In this document: positions 1-6,134 of the stretch, one piece after another | Layout of the letters: every line of letters starts with the position of its first letter | Position numbering within the stretch: position 1 is the first letter of the stretch | Sequence record: DRR723986_13328 | Length of the DNA: 20,000 nt | Strand: one strand, 5' to 3' | Notes under the pieces: generated by a model | The model's database searches: none | The model's input: only the letters and a program-made list of their open reading frames with translations | Told to the model about the DNA's origin: nothing | Translations under genes and position numbers: made by a program

Positions 1-161
1 CTCAATTTAAATCGGAGTTGAATCAATTGGATAAGAAAAAACCTACCTTAATATTCTGCCATTCTGGAGGAAGAAGTGCCAAGGCATTACAAGTGTTTAA
101 ATCTCTTGGATTTGACTATGTCTTAGAGCTTGAAAATGGATACAGTGGATGGGTCGAATAA
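1..161 (+). CDS. Rhodanese-like sulfurtransferase domain protein, 3' end only (starts upstream of window; not in ORF track)
   Basis: Frame +3 translates ...QFKSELNQLDKKKPTLIFCHSGGRSAKALQVFKSLGFDYVLELENGYSGWVE*, with TAA at 159-161. It has the rhodanese active-site loop C-x-S-G-x-R-S and the C-terminal L-x-x-G-x-x-x-W signature. Confidence 0.9.
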   Translation, partial: QFKSELNQLDKKKPTLIFCHSGGRSAKALQVFKSLGFDYVLELENGYSGWVE

Positions 162-394
162 AATCGCTAATTCATTTTATAGAGAGTCAGACCGGCCTTT
201 GGTTGATAGCCTCCTTAACCTTGGGTTTAGCTCCGTTTAGCCCCGAACCCCACATTTGGGGTAAATTGAAATGGGTTGCTGGTGGAGCTGTAGGTATGAA
301 ATCAGCTGATTGGTTTGATTTGATTATGCACGGAACCCCTTGGTTATTGTTGGGTTTTGCTCTTATCCTTAAACTAAGGAAGAAGTCCATTTAA
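149..394 (+). CDS. Small membrane protein with two predicted TM segments (LGLAPF-x-PEPH / DWFDL-x-x-HG type), function unknown
   Basis: 81-aa ORF with two hydrophobic segments and a basic C-terminal tail. Its ATG overlaps the rhodanese 3' end by 13 nt, suggesting co-transcription. Confidence 0.8.
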   Translation: MGRIKSLIHFIESQTGLWLIASLTLGLAPFSPEPHIWGKLKWVAGGAVGMKSADWFDLIMHGTPWLLLGFALILKLRKKSI

Positions 395-425
395 CTTTTA
401 CATGTTACTAACTAGCCAATTTATT

Positions 426-457
426 ATTGACAAAATAAATCTTTGGCCTTATGTTTG
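426..457 (+). promoter_or_regulatory. Bacteroidota housekeeping promoter (-33/-7) for the 509 gene
   Basis: ATTG (426-429), 20-nt spacer, then TATGTTTG (450-457); close to consensus TTTG-N19-21-TAnnTTTG. Confidence 0.7.
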
Positions 458-508
458 CTGTGAACTTTTCTTAAAATGAATTGTTATAATTAGACAAACT
501 TAAATGTT

Positions 509-739
509 ATGGCTTATCACTCTACATTAAAGAAGCGGATCAAAAATAATGAATTGATTGGCGTAGAATATGTCGAAAATTACCTTGGAAGTAACTCAAG
601 GCTACTGCTGTATTTTAACTCTGAACCTAAAATCAGACCGATTTTACATCACAAAATTGAGGAGTATAAGGAGTTATTAGAGAACATCAATACAAAGTTT
701 GAGCAATTCACGAAGCAAATTTCTCCGGTTCAATTTTAA
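509..739 (+). CDS. Small soluble hypothetical protein (76 aa)
   Basis: ATG ORF downstream of a good promoter with an A-rich leader. No signal peptide or recognisable domain. Confidence 0.65.
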   Translation: MAYHSTLKKRIKNNELIGVEYVENYLGSNSRLLLYFNSEPKIRPILHHKIEEYKELLENINTKFEQFTKQISPVQF

Positions 740-853
740 TTATTAAAGCGTTTTAGTGAGTTAAGAATCCAATAATAAAATGCTGATTTTTAACATTCTT
801 GAGGTCATTTTGTGAAACCTTCATATATTTATTTCTTACTAAAATAAATACCT

Positions 854-1780
854 ATGAAAAAAGTTTTACTAATTGCTGGTCTCCTTCCGCTTACATTGGG
901 AGCCCAAACAACAATTTTCGAAGAAAATTTTGATGCTTACACGGCTGGAAATTATGCTGGAAATGAGTCTCCTTACATGACAAGTTGGTCAGAAACGCCA
1001 GGAGGATTTGACGATTGTTTTATTTCTAATGCACAAGCTTCCAGTCCCTCTAATTCAATTGAAATAGTTGGTCAGTCTGGTCCAATGGATGCCTTATGTC
1101 AATTCCCTCAGTCTTATGATGCAGTTGGACACTACAGATTTTCAATGAAAATGTATATTCCAACTGGTTATGCTGGATATTTCAACTGTCAAGAAAGTAC
1201 CACTCCCGGTTTAGGATGGAAATGTGATGTGTTCTTTTCTATTGCTGGAACTGGATATTTATCTTCAAATGGAGATACAAGTTCAATAGAATTTACCTAT
1301 CCAAAAGATGCTTGGTTTGATGTTGTTGTTGAAGCTGATTTAACGAATGATCAAGGTGAGCTATTCATTTCTGGAACTTCTGAAGGGACATTTATGTGGT
1401 CTCCTGGGGTGACTGGTACTGAAACATTTAAAAGATGGGGTGGCGTGAATTATTACGCTTACGGACCAAATAATGAGCAATCGAATTATTTCGTGGATGA
1501 TTTGAAACTGGAGGATATTACAGATTACACAAATATAACTTCCAATTCTACTTTTGATTTTGCTGTATATCCCAATCCTTCAAACGGACAAATCGCCATT
1601 CAATGGGAGGATAACTCAGCTTATGATTTAATGGTAACAGATATTGCTGGAAAATTGGTTTACTCAGAAAATAATATTACCACTAACAGTATTTTTAAAT
1701 TAAATGCTGAAAAGGGAACTTACTTTGTTCAACTTTCTGATAACGAAAGTCGTATAATCAAGAAGATCATTATTGAGTAA
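854..1780 (+). CDS. Secreted protein with T9SS type A C-terminal sorting domain; N-terminal region possibly a beta-sandwich (lectin-like)
   Basis: Signal peptide MKKVLLIAGLLPLTLGA|Q. The CTD FAVYPNPSNGQI...VTDIAGKLV...GTYFVQL...IKKIIIE is typical of Por secretion tails. Confidence 0.9.
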   Translation: MKKVLLIAGLLPLTLGAQTTIFEENFDAYTAGNYAGNESPYMTSWSETPGGFDDCFISNAQASSPSNSIEIVGQSGPMDALCQFPQSYDAVGHYRFSMKMYIPTGYAGYFNCQESTTPGLGWKCDVFFSIAGTGYLSSNGDTSSIEFTYPKDAWFDVVVEADLTNDQGELFISGTSEGTFMWSPGVTGTETFKRWGGVNYYAYGPNNEQSNYFVDDLKLEDITDYTNITSNSTFDFAVYPNPSNGQIAIQWEDNSAYDLMVTDIAGKLVYSENNITTNSIFKLNAEKGTYFVQLSDNESRIIKKIIIE

Positions 1781-1803
1781 TTATATTTTCACATCATAAT
1801 TCT

Positions 1804-1835
1804 AAAGGAGAGCCAACTGGTTCTCCTTTTTTTTT
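1804..1835 (+). terminator. Rho-independent terminator
   Basis: Stem AAAGGAGAGCC, loop AACT, stem GGTTCTCCTTT, running into a 9-T tract (1827-1835), 23 nt after the stop codon. Confidence 0.9.
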
Positions 1836-1843
1836 GAACTAAG

Positions 1844-1871
1844 TAGGGGTAAGTTAATTCTTAATTGTCAT
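1844..1871 (+). promoter_or_regulatory. Putative ECF-sigma promoter, copy 1 (TAGGGGTA-N13-TTGTCAT)
   Basis: TAGGGGTA agttaattcttaa TTGTCAT, 19 nt before ATG 1891. Boxes and spacing are identical at 3239 and 9088. Confidence 0.8.
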
Positions 1872-1890
1872 TGAATAAAAGCAACTAAAA

Positions 1891-2634
1891 ATGACAAAAA
1901 TGAAAACAACAAAATGGCTATTAATTTTTGCTTCAGCAGTGTTAATGTTAACCTCATGCAAAAAAAAAGGAGGAGTATTCTGTTATAGCGCAACTGGAGA
2001 TCAAGTAATAGAAACAAGAGATGTATCAAATTTTTCTTCGATTGATTTATCCATGGATGCAGATGTGTACTTTCAGCAATCTAACGAATATAGCGTTGAA
2101 GTGCATGCCAGTGAAAATTTACAGGATATCATACAGACAAAAGTTAAAGGAAATCGATTAAGCATCTCACTAAAGAACAAAAAGTGTTTAAAGGGAGATA
2201 GTGACGTAGAAGTTTATGTAACGGCTCCAGACCTCAGTAAATTATCTATTTCTGGAACAGGTACAGTTTATTCTTTAAGACAATTTAATTGTTCTAGTTT
2301 GGATGTGAATATATCAGGATCAGGAGAACTAGAATTTGATAGTTTAGCCTGTCAAGATTTCTCTGCAGACATTTCTGGATCCGGCGAAATTTATTTGATG
2401 GGTACTGGAACTTCTGATAAGCAAACTATCGATATTTCTGGTTCAGGTTGTTTTAAAGGGTTTGAGATGCCTACTTTGGAATCTAAAATTAATATCTCGG
2501 GTTCTGGTAATTGTGAGGTCAATGTTGTGAATTCTATAAACGCAAGGATTTCAGGTTCTGGAGAAGTAAGGTATAAAGGAAATCCTTCAATTGATTCTAA
2601 TATTTCCGGATCTGGTTCGATTAAAAAATACTAA
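1891..2634 (+). CDS. GIN-domain (DUF2807, adhesin-head-like) lipoprotein
   Basis: Lipobox LTS|C. N-terminal ETRDVSNFSSI...ENLQDII-x-TKVKGNRLSI motif and repeated ISGSG units ending SGSGEVRYKGNP. Alternative start at 1900. Confidence 0.9.
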   Translation: MTKMKTTKWLLIFASAVLMLTSCKKKGGVFCYSATGDQVIETRDVSNFSSIDLSMDADVYFQQSNEYSVEVHASENLQDIIQTKVKGNRLSISLKNKKCLKGDSDVEVYVTAPDLSKLSISGTGTVYSLRQFNCSSLDVNISGSGELEFDSLACQDFSADISGSGEIYLMGTGTSDKQTIDISGSGCFKGFEMPTLESKINISGSGNCEVNVVNSINARISGSGEVRYKGNPSIDSNISGSGSIKKY

Positions 2635-2640
2635 TATAAA

Positions 2641-2664
2641 GTGGGAGGATGTTCGTCCTCCCAC
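2641..2664 (+). terminator. GC-rich hairpin without a + strand U-tract (weak terminator or mRNA-stabilising stem)
   Basis: GTGGGAGGA-TGTTCG-TCCTCCCAC, a perfect 9-bp stem followed by AATATTTAT. Confidence 0.55.
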
Positions 2665-2670
2665 AATATT

Positions 2671-2678
2671 TATCTTTG
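2671..2678 (+). promoter_or_regulatory. Housekeeping -7 element for the sigma gene (near-leaderless transcript)
   Basis: TATCTTTG matches TAnnTTTG and ends 5 nt before GTG 2684. No clear -33 box. Confidence 0.55.
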
Positions 2679-2683
2679 CATAA

Positions 2684-3241
2684 GTGAATCTGTTACAAGA
2701 ACCCATATCAATTAATCAGTTTGAAGAATTGTTCAAATCTGAGTATGAGAAATTATGTGCAGTTGCAAATCAGTATTTGGCTGACCTGGATGCTGCTGAA
2801 GAAACGGTTCAAGCCGTGTTCGTAAAGTTTTGGGAGAGCAGAATGGCCATAGAGGTAAAGCAATCATTTGCCGCTTACCTGTATACATCTGTTAAGAACA
2901 ATTGTTTGAATCAGTTAAAACATCTGAAGATAAAAGAGGCATACAAAGAGCATAACAAGAGAGAGATGGAATACGAGGAATCGAGAAATGAGCTTGATAG
3001 CTCAGCAGATGAACTTACTGAAAAAATTAAATCAGCCATTGATAAATTACCTGAGGGCCGAAAAAGAATTTTTATTCTAAGTAGATATGAAGGGTTGAAA
3101 TATAAAGAGATAGCTGAAAAATTAAATCTTAGCATAAAAACAGTAGAAAATCAGATGGGGAGTGCGTTAAAATTTTTAAAGTCTGAACTTGCTGAGTACG
3201 CAATCAGCTTGTTGCTGTTCATTTTTTTTCTGATCAGATAG
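2684..3241 (+). CDS. ECF RNA polymerase sigma-70 factor (FecI-like, Bacteroidota expansion type)
   Basis: Region 2 FEELFKSEYEKLC...AAEETVQAVFVKFWE...AYLYTSVKNNCLN. Region 4 IDKLPEGRKRIFILSRYEGLKYKEIAEKLNLSIKTVENQMGSALKFLK. Hydrophobic C-terminal tail; adjacent to FecR. Confidence 0.95.
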   Translation: MNLLQEPISINQFEELFKSEYEKLCAVANQYLADLDAAEETVQAVFVKFWESRMAIEVKQSFAAYLYTSVKNNCLNQLKHLKIKEAYKEHNKREMEYEESRNELDSSADELTEKIKSAIDKLPEGRKRIFILSRYEGLKYKEIAEKLNLSIKTVENQMGSALKFLKSELAEYAISLLLFIFFLIR

Positions 3242-3266
3242 GGGTATTTGGAAAGTTAATTGTCAT
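3239..3266 (+). promoter_or_regulatory. Putative ECF-sigma promoter, copy 2 (TAGGGGTA-N13-TTGTCAT)
   Basis: TAGGGGTA tttggaaagttaa TTGTCAT. The TAG is also the sigma stop codon; 11 nt before ATG 3278. Confidence 0.8.
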
Positions 3267-3277
3267 AAAAAAGGAAG

Positions 3278-4285
3278 ATGTCTGATAAGAACTACATAGA
3301 ATTCAATGAAGCCACCATAATGGCTTACATCAATGGCGAACTAAGCCATGAAGATATAGCTATGGTAGATCATTGGATAGGATTGTCTCAAGAAAATACA
3401 GATGAGTATGAGAGAATTAAATCCATATGGCTTGCTGCAAAAGAGGTGAAACCTCAGCCAGTTTCAGTTGATACTGATAAAGCCCTCAACAAAGTATTGA
3501 GTCAAATAAATCAACAAACTCAACTGAAAGAAATTCAACTTAAAACAAATTATAAAAGAATAGTTTTATCAGCGGCGGCAGTGATCATTTTGCTTTTTGG
3601 CGCAGTGACACTTATTAACTTCTTAAATAATGAGACTGTTAATCAGATAGAGCTAAGCGCTGATAATAAGATTCTCGAGGATCGATTATCAGATGGGACG
3701 ACCGTAAGTCTTAACAAAAACTCAATGCTGTCATACCCTGATAAATTTGGAGATAATGAACGCAGAGTTAAATTAACAGGTGAGGCCTTTTTTGATGTTG
3801 AACGAAACGAGCAAAAGCCATTTGTGATTGATCTTCACAATGATTTTTATGTCAAAGTTTTGGGAACTTCATTTAATATCAACGCAAATGAAGAGGACAC
3901 CATAACTGAGGTTTATGTTAAGACAGGCAAGGTTGAATTCGGCTCAGATGAGGACCAAGTTATTTTAGAGGCGGGAGAAAAAGGAGTGATGAATAACAAA
4001 ACCGGAAAAGTATCAAAAATCATAGTTGAAAACGAAGAGTTAAGAACGTTATATTGGAAAACTCAAGAATTGAATTTTGATCATATTTCCCTGGCTTCAA
4101 CTTTGGAGATTTTAGAACAAGTTTTTAATGTTGAGGTTTTGTTGTCCTGTCCCGAAAAAAGTAGTTCCCAAGTCGTTTCAAAACATCAACACGAATCAAT
4201 TGATGAAATACTGAATGTTATTGCATCTATGCATCATTTAACAGTAAATAAATCTGACCAGAAGTACACTTTGTCCTGTGATTAA
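3278..4285 (+). CDS. FecR-family anti-sigma factor
   Basis: N-terminal YINGELSHEDIAMVDHW anti-sigma helices and TM IVLSAAAVIILLFGAVTLI. FecR domain LSDGTTVSLNKNS...RRVKLTGEAFFDV...VLGTSFNI...VKTGKV, then C-terminal WKTQELNFDHISL domain. Confidence 0.95.
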   Translation: MSDKNYIEFNEATIMAYINGELSHEDIAMVDHWIGLSQENTDEYERIKSIWLAAKEVKPQPVSVDTDKALNKVLSQINQQTQLKEIQLKTNYKRIVLSAAAVIILLFGAVTLINFLNNETVNQIELSADNKILEDRLSDGTTVSLNKNSMLSYPDKFGDNERRVKLTGEAFFDVERNEQKPFVIDLHNDFYVKVLGTSFNINANEEDTITEVYVKTGKVEFGSDEDQVILEAGEKGVMNNKTGKVSKIIVENEELRTLYWKTQELNFDHISLASTLEILEQVFNVEVLLSCPEKSSSQVVSKHQHESIDEILNVIASMHHLTVNKSDQKYTLSCD

Positions 4286-6131
4286 AAAATACACACTCTT
4301 ATTTTTTATACTGTTTTGCGCTCATATGGGAGGTGCAAAATTTTTGCTTTTAGATAGGGTGATAACTATTGATATCCAAAAAACCGCAGTAAAAAAAATC
4401 TTGAACGTTATCGAAGAAAAAGGACAAGTTAAGTTTTCATATGACCCTGATTTGGTAGATGAAAATAAAATTGTAAGTCTGAGTGTTAAAGAGAAAACTA
4501 TCCGTTATGGATTATCCTTGATTTTTGACGGAACAATTAGATTTAAGGAAGTTGGAAGCCATATAGTTTTACTTCAAAATGAATCTAGAGAGGCCATTAA
4601 GGAAAGAAAAAAAGACAGAGACAATTACATTTTTACCGGTAAAATTTTCGACAAAAGAACCGGAAAACCGCTGGTAAATGCAAGTGTTTATGATGTTGAA
4701 GCCAGATTTGCATCTAAATCTGACGAAAACGGGTTTTACGAATTGATTATCCCGAAAGAAGAGCGGGTGAGGAGTTTGTATTTTAAAAAGAAAGACTATG
4801 AGGCTGTTGTTATTGTAATTGCTGCCGATAATCCTGATAATCTTCAAAATAACATTTCACTCGCACCTATTTTAAAAGAAGTCAGTAAAATTGAGCCTGC
4901 TACTGTTGAAAAAGTTCAAGTACCGATAGAAGAAAGGGCCTTGTCCGGAGCTCTAATTTCTGAAGACACATATATTCATTCTGAGAATTTAGATGGAATT
5001 GAAGAAATAAGGTTGGCACAGATTTCACTTGTACCATCAGTCGGGATCGGTTCGAACCTTAGTACAAACGGTTTAATAACTAACCGGGTCTCATTAAACA
5101 TTCTAGCTGGATACTCTAATGGCGTTAGAGGGGTTGAAGTAGGAGGGATTTTGAATATGACCAAAGGAGATGTTTGGGGTGCTCAAATTGCTGGAATTTC
5201 TAATTTAGTTGGAGGGGATGTGACCGGAGGGCAAGTCGCTGGAATTGCTAGCCTTATTCAGGGCAATTTTAATGGAGCACAAGTATCTGGTATTAGCGGC
5301 ATTGTAAAAAGGGATTTTTATGGTGTACAGGCAAGCGGCATTTCTTCAATCGTAAGGGGCCGATTTGAGGGGATTCAATTAAGTGGAATAAGCAATATCG
5401 CATACAAAAGTTCAAGAGGAATTCAGGTTGCTGGAATTTCAAATACCGTTTTTGATACTTTAATTGGAATTCAAGGTTCGGGTATTGTTAATTTTGCCTT
5501 ACACGGTACTAATTACGCCCAAATCTCCGGAATAGCTAATATAGCAGATTCGAGTAAGGGTGTGCAAATTAGTGGAATATTCAATCGTGCTAAAGTCAAT
5601 AGTGGATTTCAATTGGGATTAATTAATTGCAGCAAATCAAGCACGGGTATTGCTTTAGGTTTATTTAATTTTGTACGTGAGGGTTATCACAAAACAGAAT
5701 TGTCCGCAAATGAGATATTCCCAGTTAACTTGACCTTTAAAACGGGTTCTAAAAGACTCTATAATTCGTATCATTTTGGCTTGAGGTTTGGACAGCAATT
5801 GTACTATTCTGGAGGATTAGGCTTTGGAACTTATTTTGATTTAGCTAACAAAACCAAGCTAAGCATAGATCTAACTGGCGACTTAGTTTTTAAAGAATCC
5901 AATTCAAACGGTTTTGCACAATTGTATAAATTATCCACCACATTTGATTATCAGCTTGCTAAATGGCTAACAGTTTTTGGTGGTCCTTCTATCAGTATGA
6001 ACGTTATGCAATTCAAAGATGCAGAAGGGCTTTTTTCATCAGATATAGCTTTTAAACCCTTCTATTCAGAGCAAAATGCAGTGGCAGGCTTTCAAGGTTG
6101 GGTTGGGGGCCAACTCGGATTTAGGTTTTAA
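4278..6131 (+). CDS. Outer-membrane protein: STN domain + CarboxypepD_reg-like domain + about 12 Gly-rich 16-aa repeats (LA_2272-like) + small predicted C-terminal beta-barrel
   Basis: GTG start overlaps the FecR stop (8 nt). Signal peptide; STN-like LDRVITIDIQKTAVKKILNVIEEKGQVKFSYD...HIVL; CarboxypepD-like FTGKIFDKRTGKPLVNASVY...SDENGFYEL; G-x-Q-x-x-G-I-x-N repeats; amphipathic strands ending GGQLGFRF. Confidence 0.85.
   Translation: MIKKYTLLFFILFCAHMGGAKFLLLDRVITIDIQKTAVKKILNVIEEKGQVKFSYDPDLVDENKIVSLSVKEKTIRYGLSLIFDGTIRFKEVGSHIVLLQNESREAIKERKKDRDNYIFTGKIFDKRTGKPLVNASVYDVEARFASKSDENGFYELIIPKEERVRSLYFKKKDYEAVVIVIAADNPDNLQNNISLAPILKEVSKIEPATVEKVQVPIEERALSGALISEDTYIHSENLDGIEEIRLAQISLVPSVGIGSNLSTNGLITNRVSLNILAGYSNGVRGVEVGGILNMTKGDVWGAQIAGISNLVGGDVTGGQVAGIASLIQGNFNGAQVSGISGIVKRDFYGVQASGISSIVRGRFEGIQLSGISNIAYKSSRGIQVAGISNTVFDTLIGIQGSGIVNFALHGTNYAQISGIANIADSSKGVQISGIFNRAKVNSGFQLGLINCSKSSTGIALGLFNFVREGYHKTELSANEIFPVNLTFKTGSKRLYNSYHFGLRFGQQLYYSGGLGFGTYFDLANKTKLSIDLTGDLVFKESNSNGFAQLYKLSTTFDYQLAKWLTVFGGPSISMNVMQFKDAEGLFSSDIAFKPFYSEQNAVAGFQGWVGGQLGFRF
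5130..5685 (+). repeat. About 12 tandem repeats of ~16 aa / ~48 nt (G-x-Q-[IVL]-[AS]-G-I-x-N), predicted beta-helix
   Basis: Repeat cores GVEVGG, GAQIAG, GGQVAG, GAQVSG, GVQASG, GIQLSG, GIQVAG, GIQGSG, YAQISG, GVQISG, GFQLGL, GIALGL. Boundaries approximate. Confidence 0.85.
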
Positions 6132-6134
6132 ATC

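Noticed and set aside
187-390. 67-aa minus-strand ORF
   Set aside because: Antisense shadow of the 149-394 membrane-protein gene.
740-853. Possible operator or terminator between the 509 and 854 genes
   Set aside because: Only short AT-rich imperfect inverted matches, not distinguishable from background.
2911-3135. 74-aa minus-strand ORF
   Set aside because: Antisense to the sigma factor; no independent features.
4569-5164. Minus-strand ORFs 4569-4847 and 4976-5164
   Set aside because: Both lie inside the STN-repeat gene on the opposite strand.
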